Origin: Thermoplasmata archaeon
GTDB taxonomy: Archaea; Thermoplasmatota; Thermoplasmata; RBG-16-68-12; JAJISG01
Reading direction: 5' to 3'
Assembly: GCA_046759185.1 (NCBI GenBank)
Contig: JBHIBO010000007.1
Location: 3,898-67,897 of the forward strand
DNA: 64,000 nucleotides
This document shows positions 55,533 to 63,643 of the stretch, piece after piece. A program made the translations under genes and the position numbers. Within the stretch, counting starts at the first letter, position 1; each line of letters begins with the position of its first letter. The notes beneath the pieces were generated by a model, which was given only the letters and a program-made list of their open reading frames with translations, ran no database searches and was not told where the DNA came from.

Positions 55533-57263
55533 CTAGGAAGCTTCCCGAGTGGGCAGGATGAGGTCTGAGAACAATCCGGGTTGCCCCAGGGCCTCCTCCA
55601 GGGAGTCGAAGTAGTTGTCGAGGTACCCGTTGGCTTGGGCGATGTCTGGTGTGGGTCCGTACTCCGCCAGGAACGCAGCCGTGGACTCATCGAAGATGTC
55701 AGCGATCATGCTGTAGAGGGGGAACGCCAGGTCTTCGAAGACCTGGGCGACGATCTCGCCCCGGTCGACCGCGGCGGCGATAGCCCGTCGCACCCACACG
55801 TTGTCGAAGGGTGGCGTCAGCACGTTGAAGACGATGTAGCGGATGAAGGGGCTGGTCCCGATCTCGACCGTCAAGCCGAGGGACGATGCCCGGGTCTGCA
55901 GGTCGAGGAGGTCGGCGGGGTTGAGGGTTCGGAAGGCGACGTGAATCTGGCCGGTCTCAATCTGCGTCTTCAAGGCCGTGGCGTCACTGATCAGGTTGAC
56001 TTGGACGGTGGCGTGCTTCGCCGGCGTGCCCCAATAGTTGGGGTTGCGGGTCAAGGTGGCACGCTGGTCGGCCTGGTAGTTCCCCGATTCGAGCATGTAG
56101 GGACCCGTCCCGATGGGCACGTTGGCATCCAGACCTGATCGGAAGTCGTCGGATGGGTAGGCCGTCGGGCTGACAATCGCTGCCACCGAGAAGGCCATCA
56201 GCGCGTTGAAGGCGGTGAAGGGGTTGTTCAGCGTGACCGTGACCTCCATGGGTCCGGTAGCCTGGACGTCGGAGATAATGTCGAGGAGGAATCCGGGATC
56301 CCCGCCCAAGGTCCGCGCCCGGTTCAACGAGAAGGCCACGGCCGCGGCGTCCAGGGCGGTGGCATCATGGAAGGTCACGCCGGGTCGGATGTTGAACGTG
56401 TAGGTCATTCCGTCCGCGGAGATCAGCCCGTTCGCGGTACTCGGGACCTCCATGGCAAGCGATGGGATGAGGTTGGCCGTCCCAGGCTCGTAATCCAGGA
56501 GCTTCTCGAAGATGTGATCGCTCAGCTCGACGGAGAAGTAGTCGTACGCGTCCGCCGTGTCCAAGGTGACCACGCGATCCGTCGTACCCACCCGCAGTGT
56601 GGCCTCTCCAGGCTTCTGAATCTGGTCGTAGCGGAAGGATCGCACCGGCTCCAGGACAACTCCCGTCACGTCGTCCTGGTAGACGACGTGCTGGTTCCCC
56701 TGGAACAGGGGGATGTAGATGGCGTCCTCCGCCAACTTCTGCTGGATCTCCGCGAAGACCGCATTTCTCTGGTCTCCAAACGAAGTCCGTGAGTTCAGGA
56801 TGGCCAAGTCCATAAGCGGATCGCTATAGTCCGACCCCAACGAGGCGGCTCCGCCGGTGCTCAAGAACGGTTGGATGTAGTTATCTGCGTCAAAGAAGTC
56901 TGGGTACCATCCCAGGAGGAACATGCCCATCTGGCTGTTCGAGAACTGGTCCACGTAAGTGGCCCACTCTGCAGATTGCAGTGTGACGTCGATTCTACCG
57001 GTTGCTTCTAGGCTGCTCTCAAGGATCGCCGCAATGTCGGGCTCCGTGTCCCCATAGTGGGCGATCGGCCACCACAAGTTGAGACTGAGGCGTTTCGGAA
57101 TTTTCTCGGGAACACCTCCTATCAAGCCTACAAGCGATGCCGCTAGCAGGCCCGCGAGGATGATGCTCACTGCAGCGAGAGCCGCGATTATGATCCACGC
57201 ATTTCGTTCCAAGGTCTCTCCCCCACAGTCGCCAGGATGCCTGACCTGTAGAGAAGGCGGCAT
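55533..57263 (-). CDS. Family-5 (OppA/DppA-type) substrate-binding protein, circularly permuted, N-terminal TM anchor
   Basis: After the TM anchor come the normally C-terminal blocks (..SLNLWW..TLQSAEWATYVDQ..MFLLGWYPDFFDADNY..IYIPLFQ..VTGVVLEP..). The normally N-terminal blocks follow (..ATLRVGTT..TLDTADAYD..IFEKLLDY..DGMTYTFNIRPGVTFHD..). The protein ends in the mid-protein block (..RRAIAAAVDRGEI..YGPTPDIAQANGYL..). Confidence 0.85.
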   Translation of the reverse strand: MPPSLQVRHPGDCGGETLERNAWIIIAALAAVSIILAGLLAASLVGLIGGVPEKIPKRLSLNLWWPIAHYGDTEPDIAAILESSLEATGRIDVTLQSAEWATYVDQFSNSQMGMFLLGWYPDFFDADNYIQPFLSTGGAASLGSDYSDPLMDLAILNSRTSFGDQRNAVFAEIQQKLAEDAIYIPLFQGNQHVVYQDDVTGVVLEPVRSFRYDQIQKPGEATLRVGTTDRVVTLDTADAYDYFSVELSDHIFEKLLDYEPGTANLIPSLAMEVPSTANGLISADGMTYTFNIRPGVTFHDATALDAAAVAFSLNRARTLGGDPGFLLDIISDVQATGPMEVTVTLNNPFTAFNALMAFSVAAIVSPTAYPSDDFRSGLDANVPIGTGPYMLESGNYQADQRATLTRNPNYWGTPAKHATVQVNLISDATALKTQIETGQIHVAFRTLNPADLLDLQTRASSLGLTVEIGTSPFIRYIVFNVLTPPFDNVWVRRAIAAAVDRGEIVAQVFEDLAFPLYSMIADIFDESTAAFLAEYGPTPDIAQANGYLDNYFDSLEEALGQPGLFSDLILPTREAS

Positions 57264-57301
57264 GGGGGCTTCGGCTTATAACCTTTCTCGTGGAGGCTGG
57301 C

Positions 57302-58321
57302 TCACGGCTCAAAGGACTCGAGGGAGGGTTGCCTGACCCGGCGCTCCAGTCGCTTCAGGACCTCGTCAACGCGCTCTCGAGAGAAGTCCTTCTCCTCGCA
57401 AAGGAAGGCCACGATACCGGCGGCGTCGGCCGTTCCCTGGCCGATTTCGTAATCCTCCTTCACGGGCGGCCGGAGGAAGAGGTCGCGAATCTCGTCGTAG
57501 TCCGAGGGCAGCTGCCGGCGAACCTCATTCGGCAGATCCTCGATGCGACGGTGGTCCTGAATGAGGGCCAGGGCCTTCTTCGGCCCAATGCCTGGGACGC
57601 CGGGATGGTAATCCGTCCCCACCAGAAGGGCCAAGTCCACGAGCTGATTGCGCGAGATCCCAAGGCGTCTCAGCTGGGTCTCGGCTTCGAGCAGTTCCGG
57701 ATCCAGGGGACGAGAGGTTCGTTGACTGGGGAGAAACTCGCGGCCGGCGATGGTGAGGTACCGGAGAAGGCGGGGGGTGCCGTAGAGGAGGGCGTCGTAG
57801 TCCCGCGTCGAGGTCGCCCAGACATCCCCCCGGGCACAGATCAAGGCCGCCTGGGCTTCCCCCTCCCCGGGGGCCTGGATCCAGGGAATCCCTAACAGCG
57901 TCAGAAGACGCTGGGCATCACGGACCATGTCCGGGGTGAGGAGGGTGGACGTGACGGCCTTGGACCAGGCCGTAGCGTAGTCCTCACGGGCCAGGGCCTC
58001 CGCATACTCCTCCTGGGCCCTCTCCCGGACCTGGCGTCGATCACGCAGCTCGGCCCGCTTTCGTTCCGAAGGTCGGCCGTCGAACACGAAAGCCAAGTCC
58101 ATAGCGTAGTCCGAGATGAGCCGGGTCGTCCGATAGAGGAGGCCTACCAGGTGCGAGGTCACGCCTCCCTCCCGGTCCGTCAGGTGGCTTCCGTCGGGTC
58201 GTCGAATCAGGGCGAGGAACTGGTACAGGACGTTGTTGCCATCGATCGCGAAACTGCGGCCTCGCAACGCCTCCAGGCGCAGGATGGTGGGTTCGAGGAT
58301 GGGGGTGAGGTTGACGCCCAT
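57302..58321 (-). CDS. fen: Flap endonuclease 1
   Basis: MGVNLTPIL.......L.GRSFAIDGNNVLYQFL..IR..DG..L.D..G..TSHL.G...R, and ..GIPWIQAPGEGEAQAA.. (XPG N and I domains). Confidence 0.9.
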   Translation of the reverse strand: MGVNLTPILEPTILRLEALRGRSFAIDGNNVLYQFLALIRRPDGSHLTDREGGVTSHLVGLLYRTTRLISDYAMDLAFVFDGRPSERKRAELRDRRQVRERAQEEYAEALAREDYATAWSKAVTSTLLTPDMVRDAQRLLTLLGIPWIQAPGEGEAQAALICARGDVWATSTRDYDALLYGTPRLLRYLTIAGREFLPSQRTSRPLDPELLEAETQLRRLGISRNQLVDLALLVGTDYHPGVPGIGPKKALALIQDHRRIEDLPNEVRRQLPSDYDEIRDLFLRPPVKEDYEIGQGTADAAGIVAFLCEEKDFSRERVDEVLKRLERRVRQPSLESFEP

Positions 58322-58367
58322 GCGGATGGGAGGAGCGTATCGGGACCTCTTAATCGTTGACGCGTTC

Positions 58368-59456
58368 CTACCCGTGGTAAGCGACGCGCTTGCCTGGGCC
58401 GCCTTCGCCCTCTTCTTCTAGGTGGTTCCGGTTCATGACCTGGGCCTTGGCCACCTCGCGCTTCGCCGCGGCCTCCAGGTCGTCCATGGTGACAATCCGG
58501 CGGATCCCGTCCCTGCGGGCTGCATAGCGCATCGCTTGCCGGATGACATTGAGGATGTGGCCGCCCGAGAGGCGATGCTTCCGGGCCAGCTCCCCGAAGT
58601 CCACATCGCCACTCATCGGGGCGAGGCGCGGCATGAGCTTGCGATAGATGGCTTCGCGCATCCCTGCGTCGGGCATCTCGAACTCCACGGGGATGTCGAT
58701 GCGGCGGTCCAAGGCACGGTCCAGAACCTTCGTCAGGTTGGTGGCCAGGATGATCATCCCTGGGAAGTCCTCCAACCGGCTCAAGAGGACATTGACGTCC
58801 CGGTTCGCCCAGGGCGCCGCGGTCTGGCCCCGGCGATGGAAGACGGCGTCCGCCTCGTCGAAGAAGAGCACCGCGTCCTCGTTCCAAGCGTTCTGGAAGA
58901 CCCGTTCGATGTTCTTCTCCGTCTCCCCCACCCACATGTTCTCGAGATGGGCGTAGTTCACGACCATCAAAGGTTTCCCCATGGCGTGCGCCAGGGCCTC
59001 CGCCGTCATGGTCTTGCCCGTCCCGGGGGGGCCGGCGAACAGGAGGGAAAGTCCCTTCCGCTTCCGGATTACCTCCGAGAGTCCCCAGGCCTCAAAGATC
59101 AGCCATTTGTGGCGGAGCTCCACGAGGGCATCCTCGATGGCTTCCCGTGTGCCCTCTGTGAGAACCACGTCCTCCAGCGTGAACCTCGGCTGCAGGACTT
59201 GGTAGAGTTCGGTGCCCTTGGCCTCCTCCTCGGACGGCTCGAAGAGCTCCTCCTCCTCCGCCTCCTCCTCGTTCTCGTAGACGCTCACCCCGGCCCGGAT
59301 GAGACGCCTTAGGGCGGCCAGGTCCTCGCCGCTGATGTGTTCGCACCCCTCCGCGACGCGTCCGCAAGTCGGACACTTCACGAAAAGTTCGCGGTCTTCT
59401 TCCTCCTCACCCACGGTCGACACGCCTGAGTCCCCTCTCGACGGTCCCGATTTCAA
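58368..59456 (-). CDS. AAA+ ATPase with N-terminal zinc-ribbon and acidic linker
   Basis: ..FVKCPTCGRVAEGCEH.., Walker A GPPGTGKTM, Walker B LFFDEAD, ..ILATN.. (sensor 1). It has a single AAA module. Confidence 0.85.
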   Translation of the reverse strand: MKSGPSRGDSGVSTVGEEEEDRELFVKCPTCGRVAEGCEHISGEDLAALRRLIRAGVSVYENEEEAEEEELFEPSEEEAKGTELYQVLQPRFTLEDVVLTEGTREAIEDALVELRHKWLIFEAWGLSEVIRKRKGLSLLFAGPPGTGKTMTAEALAHAMGKPLMVVNYAHLENMWVGETEKNIERVFQNAWNEDAVLFFDEADAVFHRRGQTAAPWANRDVNVLLSRLEDFPGMIILATNLTKVLDRALDRRIDIPVEFEMPDAGMREAIYRKLMPRLAPMSGDVDFGELARKHRLSGGHILNVIRQAMRYAARRDGIRRIVTMDDLEAAAKREVAKAQVMNRNHLEEEGEGGPGKRVAYHG

Positions 59457-59470
59457 TATCCTGGCGCCCG

Positions 59471-59479
59471 TATATAAAA
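59471..59479. promoter_or_regulatory. TATA box TATATAAAA in divergent intergenic region
   Basis: It lies 15-23 nt from ATG 59456 (minus strand). The plus-strand gene has its own GTTAAAC about 45 nt before GTG 59588. Confidence 0.4.
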
Positions 59480-59587
59480 CGATGAGTCGCGGCGGCCTCC
59501 CGCATCCTAGGACCCGACCGTAGGATACACCACGAAAGGTTAAACCGGGAAGTCCATGATGCGGAAATCACGAGCCGGGGGGGGAAC

Positions 59588-60217
59588 GTGGAACGATACT
59601 ACGCGACGGAAAAGGAAGTCGAGCGGGCTTGGGCGATCCTTCGTTCCACAGGGGCTCTCAAAGAAGGGCACTTTCGCCTCCCCCGAACGAAGCTGCACTA
59701 CCAGCGTTTCTTCCAGGTACCTCTTGCCCTGCAGCACTCGCGTGACGCCAAGATTCTCACCGTTTCCCTGGGTCGGGTGCTGCGACGCTCCGGCGTCCTG
59801 TACCGACTCGAGAAGGCCAAGCGATTCACCGTCATCGCGCCGATGGATGCGGGCATCCCCGTCGCCTTCTGGATGGGGGAGCACCTGGACGCGGACCGCA
59901 TCCTCTGGGCAAACCGAACCAACAGCGGATGGGGGTTCCGTCCTTTCATTGAGATCGATGAGGACGACCAGGTCATCCTCGTGGACGACGCCATTCTCAC
60001 CGGGGGGACCCTGTCCTCCGTCTCCGACTACATCAAATCCAAGGGCTCCAGCGTCGTTGCCGTAGCCACCATCGTGGACCGGCGCGAGAACCGCGAGGAC
60101 TTCGACGGAAGCCCGAGCTACTGTCTGATCCACGAGAAGGGCGGCAAGCACATTCCCAAGACGTGCCCGTTGTGCGAGGAAGGCGTCGAGCTGGTGGAGC
60201 TGACGCCCCAGGCGTAA
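59588..60217 (+). CDS. Phosphoribosyltransferase (orotate PRTase-like)
   Basis: PRPP-binding motif VILVDDAILTGGTL. The N-terminus ..L...GAL..G.F.L.. resembles PyrE-type enzymes. GTG start. Confidence 0.7.
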   Translation: MERYYATEKEVERAWAILRSTGALKEGHFRLPRTKLHYQRFFQVPLALQHSRDAKILTVSLGRVLRRSGVLYRLEKAKRFTVIAPMDAGIPVAFWMGEHLDADRILWANRTNSGWGFRPFIEIDEDDQVILVDDAILTGGTLSSVSDYIKSKGSSVVAVATIVDRRENREDFDGSPSYCLIHEKGGKHIPKTCPLCEEGVELVELTPQA

Positions 60218-60262
60218 CCCAAGCCTTAACCTCACCCGTTCGATGGGCCGTCGCAGTCGACC

Positions 60263-61000
60263 ATGACCCACGTGTGCCTCGTGACAGGGGCCTCTCGAGG
60301 AATTGGAAGGGCCACCGCCATCCGCTTGGCGGAGGCCGGCCACGATGTCGTGGTGAACTACGTAGAACGGGAGGTTGCGGCGCGCGCGGTCGTTGGCGAA
60401 ATCGTGGAGGCGGGCAGGCAGGGCCTCGCCATCCGGGCGGATGTGGCATCGCGGGATGCCGTTCGCCAGATGATCCGACAGGCCGAGGACGCCCTGGGTC
60501 CAATTGCCATCCTCGTGAACAACGCGGGCATCTATCGCCGGGTATCGGTGGATGAGCTGGCACCAGCGCGCTGGGAGCGAACCCTCAGCGTGAACCTCAC
60601 GGGGGCCTTCCACTGCATCCAGGCCGTCCTCCCGGGGATGCGAAAAGCGGGGTGGGGCCGCATCGTCAATATCTCGAGCCAGATCGCCGTCCGGGGCACC
60701 GACCACGGCGCCGACTATGCGACCTCGAAGGCTGGGTTGTTAGGCCTCACCAAGGCCGTCGCCTTGGAGGCGGCACGGGACGGCATCACCGTGAACGCCG
60801 TGGCCCCGGGGACCATCGAGACGGACATCATCGCGGACTACTCGGAGGCGGATCGCCAGGAGCGGAACCGTCGCATCCCCGTGGGTCGAATCGGGCTGCC
60901 GGAGGAGGTGGCCTCCATGGTCGCCTACCTCGCTTCCGAGGAGGCCCGCTACATCACGGGGGCGACCCTCCACGTGAACGGCGGATACCTCATTGTGTAG
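60263..61000 (+). CDS. Short-chain dehydrogenase/reductase (3-oxoacyl-ACP reductase FabG-like)
   Basis: TGASRGIG, NNAG, catalytic Y..SK (YATSKAG), ..PGTIETD... Confidence 0.85.
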   Translation: MTHVCLVTGASRGIGRATAIRLAEAGHDVVVNYVEREVAARAVVGEIVEAGRQGLAIRADVASRDAVRQMIRQAEDALGPIAILVNNAGIYRRVSVDELAPARWERTLSVNLTGAFHCIQAVLPGMRKAGWGRIVNISSQIAVRGTDHGADYATSKAGLLGLTKAVALEAARDGITVNAVAPGTIETDIIADYSEADRQERNRRIPVGRIGLPEEVASMVAYLASEEARYITGATLHVNGGYLIV

Positions 61001-62186
61001 AGAGCTCCTCCAGCCGCCACTTCTCCCAGAAGAGCTTCAGGTCGGCGAGAAGGGCCATTGCCCTCTCCCGAGGCAGGGCCAACAGCACGGCCGCAACGTG
61101 CTTGCAGAGCGGCCCGGAGGGGATGTTCTTCACCCAGTCCTGGCAGTCGTGCTGCAAGGTGCGCGCATCAGCATCCAGGGACACGGTGTACTCCTTCACC
61201 TTGGCCTCCACCTCGCCGTCTTGGGCGTCGAACTGAACGGCCCCCACGAGACCCCGAGCCCGTTCGAGTCGGGGTTTCGTGGTCAGGCCGTCTAAGAGAT
61301 CGAGGGCTGACGGCTCCTCGGATGCCCCGCCAAAGTCATCCAGCTTCGTCGCCTTCACCCGTCCGTGCTGAGCCTGGAGGATGCCCTTCCGGTAGTCGCG
61401 CATCCGCCGCAGGGTCCGTCGCTGCTCGGGGGTCATGACGTCGAGCATCTCCAGAACCTCCAAGCAGTTCTCCGGCGCGTAGCCGTGGAAGTGGTTGTTG
61501 AAGTATCCGTAGACCGTGCTGGCTCCCCGCGCCGTCTCCTCGAGCCTGGGCACCCAGGGCGCCAGTTCCTCGGTGCCGTAGCGGTAATCGTACCACGGGT
61601 TCCTTCCATGCCCGTGCCAGCGGAAGTAGGCAATCGGCGCAGTGACGTGGACCTCCGGAGGCAGGAGCGGCTCGTCGACCACAGTGTAGGCGACGTGAAA
61701 CTCCTCCAGCAGCTCGAAGGCCTCGGGGACCATCCAGCTCGCGTTGCGGAACTCGATGGCGAAGGGGAATTCCGGCGGGAGGGCTTCGAAGAAGGCACGC
61801 GTTCGCTCCTCGTGGAAGCGGAGGCGGGGCGGCAGCTGAAGGAGGAGGACACCCAGTTTCCCCGCTTCCAAGAGTGGCGTCATGAGCTCGGTGTAGGCCG
61901 CCAGTTCCCGGCCCGCCCCCTTCTCGACCTTGAGCAGGCGGTCATGGGTGACGGTCTGGGGCACCTTGGCCGCGAAGGACATCCCCTCAGGGCTCCGCGT
62001 GGTCCACCCCATGACCATCCCTGGGCTGGGCACCCGGTAGAACGTGGAGTTGATCTCCGCCGTGTCGAACACGGCCGCGTACGCCTGGAGCTTGCTGGCC
62101 GAGCGCCGGCGGTAGAACGGCCCAATCCACTCCTCGTAGTCCCACCCGGAGGTTCCCAGGCGGATATCGCCCATCGAATGGACCAT
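60990..62186 (-). CDS. DUF72 (UPF0759) domain fused to a C-terminal SWIM-type zinc finger
   Basis: ..IRLGTSGWDYEEWIGPFY..AAVFDTAEINSTFYRVP.. is the DUF72 TIM-barrel signature. The C-terminus ..LQHDCQDWVKNIPSGPLCKHVAAVLLAL.. is a SWIM-like H/C-x-C..C-x-H motif. Confidence 0.75.
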   Translation of the reverse strand: MVHSMGDIRLGTSGWDYEEWIGPFYRRRSASKLQAYAAVFDTAEINSTFYRVPSPGMVMGWTTRSPEGMSFAAKVPQTVTHDRLLKVEKGAGRELAAYTELMTPLLEAGKLGVLLLQLPPRLRFHEERTRAFFEALPPEFPFAIEFRNASWMVPEAFELLEEFHVAYTVVDEPLLPPEVHVTAPIAYFRWHGHGRNPWYDYRYGTEELAPWVPRLEETARGASTVYGYFNNHFHGYAPENCLEVLEMLDVMTPEQRRTLRRMRDYRKGILQAQHGRVKATKLDDFGGASEEPSALDLLDGLTTKPRLERARGLVGAVQFDAQDGEVEAKVKEYTVSLDADARTLQHDCQDWVKNIPSGPLCKHVAAVLLALPRERAMALLADLKLFWEKWRLEELSTQ

Positions 62187-62268
62187 GGGTGCCAGCTACT
62201 TGACCATTCACCCACCCCCCTCCCGCCTCTTTAAGACCCTCTGAAAAGATTCGCTTCTGGGCAGAACG

Positions 62269-63012
62269 TTGCTCGAAGAAATGCGAGTCGGGACCGGAGG
62301 CTGGGCGTACTTCCAGATCCCCGGCATGGATTCGCTGCAGGCCTACGCGCGGGCCTTCGACTACGTGGAGGTCAACAGCACCTTCTACCAGGTCCCACCC
62401 GACGACATGATCCGGTCGTGGCGGCGACGGGTGCCCGACACCTTCGCCTTCACCGTGCGGTGCCACCGGAGCATCACCCACGCCCACGCCTTCGACCCGA
62501 CGGACCGGGTCATCGACCGCATGGAGACCATGGTTCGCATAGGCGGGATCCTCCGCGCGGAAGCCCTGCATCTCCTCACGCCACCAAGCTTCCGCTTTGG
62601 GACGAAGGAAGTCGAGAACCTGGCCAGCCTACTGGATGCCGTGACCCTGGAGGGCCTCCCCCTCGCCCTGGAGGCCCGGGCCTACGGAGAGGAACCGCTT
62701 CCGACCGACCTCCGCCGGCTTATGGAGGACCGCCAGATCACCCACTCGGTGGATCTGTCGAAGGAGAACCCCCAGGTGGCCTCCCCCACCCTGTACACCC
62801 GCCTCTTCGGGAAGGGGTACCACACGGTCTACCAGTTCTCTGATGCGGAGCTGAAGCAGATCCACGACAAGGCCCAGGGCGGGGAGCATCGACGGGCGCT
62901 GTTCGCCTTCCACGGCGTGCGGATGTACTCCGATGCCGGGCGTTTCCTCAGTCAACTCGTGAAACGGGTCCGCCCCTCCGCGCGGGCACCGGGGCAGCGA
63001 AAGCTGCCTTGA
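62269..63012 (+). CDS. DUF72 (UPF0759) family protein
   Basis: ..MRVGTGGWAYFQIPG..YARAFDYVEVNSTFYQVP... TTG 62269 or ATG 62281 could be the start. CTTTAAG lies at 62229-62236. Confidence 0.75.
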   Translation: MLEEMRVGTGGWAYFQIPGMDSLQAYARAFDYVEVNSTFYQVPPDDMIRSWRRRVPDTFAFTVRCHRSITHAHAFDPTDRVIDRMETMVRIGGILRAEALHLLTPPSFRFGTKEVENLASLLDAVTLEGLPLALEARAYGEEPLPTDLRRLMEDRQITHSVDLSKENPQVASPTLYTRLFGKGYHTVYQFSDAELKQIHDKAQGGEHRRALFAFHGVRMYSDAGRFLSQLVKRVRPSARAPGQRKLP

Positions 63013-63033
63013 GTCTTTGCGCCGATGGGTCGG

Positions 63034-63062
63034 TCACGAGCGAAACTCTTTATTGCTCGTGA
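63034..63062 (+). promoter_or_regulatory. 8-bp perfect inverted repeat bracketing a TATA-like element
   Basis: TCACGAGC-gaaactCTTTATT-GCTCGTGA. The A/T core lies about 28-34 nt before ATG 63081. Confidence 0.35.
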
Positions 63063-63080
63063 GAATCGAAGAGGAACGGG

Positions 63081-63554
63081 ATGAAGACCGGCTCCGAGGA
63101 GGGCCTAGATGTCCTATACGACGACACCGCCGAGCTGATCCTCTCCGAGAGGGAGCGCGTATACGCCCGTCGCGGCCTGACTGTGGAGGCCCTACAAGGG
63201 AGAGGGTTGAGCAAGAAGCCCTTTCTGCCCCCTGGTCTCTGGATGATCTACCACACGAACCAGCGAGTGGTCGGGCTGCGGGATCCGAAGAGGGAGGTTG
63301 AGGGAGAAGAAGGCTACGCTGGGACCCTCCGGGCCGTGGACCGTTCACGGTACCTGGGTCCCAAGGTGGAAGCCAACATCCTGGAATACTTCGAATTCCC
63401 CCTGCGAGACGTCGCGAAGGCCAACAAGCGGAGTCGCAAGCACCTACGATTGGTCGTGCGATCGGAGGGGGAGCGCTACGAGTTCCGATTCAAACCGTGG
63501 GGAGCGGCCTGTCGTGCCTTCGGGGTCCTGCTGAGCCAGAAGCGGCGAGTGTAG
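63081..63554 (+). CDS. Hypothetical protein (possibly PH-like fold)
   Basis: 157-aa ORF of normal composition. The pattern ..LWMIYHTNQRVVGL.. and ..HLRLVVRSEGERYEFRF.. is reminiscent of bacterial PH/GRAM-like domains. This is weak evidence. Confidence 0.5.
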   Translation: MKTGSEEGLDVLYDDTAELILSERERVYARRGLTVEALQGRGLSKKPFLPPGLWMIYHTNQRVVGLRDPKREVEGEEGYAGTLRAVDRSRYLGPKVEANILEYFEFPLRDVAKANKRSRKHLRLVVRSEGERYEFRFKPWGAACRAFGVLLSQKRRV

Positions 63555-63580
63555 TGTTCTATTGTAGTCTCATTCGCTAC

Positions 63581-63596
63581 ATAATATTCATATAAC
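63581..63596 (+). promoter_or_regulatory. AT-rich TATA region upstream of the last gene
   Basis: ATAATATTCATATAAC lies about 50-60 nt before ATG 63644, and AGGAGG lies 8 nt before the ATG. Confidence 0.4.
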
Positions 63597-63643
63597 GGCG
63601 CTATCTTGAGGTGGCCCAAGGTTCCTCGATAGGAGGCGGTGCC

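Noticed and set aside
59540-60706. 388-aa ORF antisense to the PRTase and FabG-like genes
   Set aside because: It spans two well-supported plus-strand genes and their intergenic gap. Its composition is typical of a GC shadow ORF.
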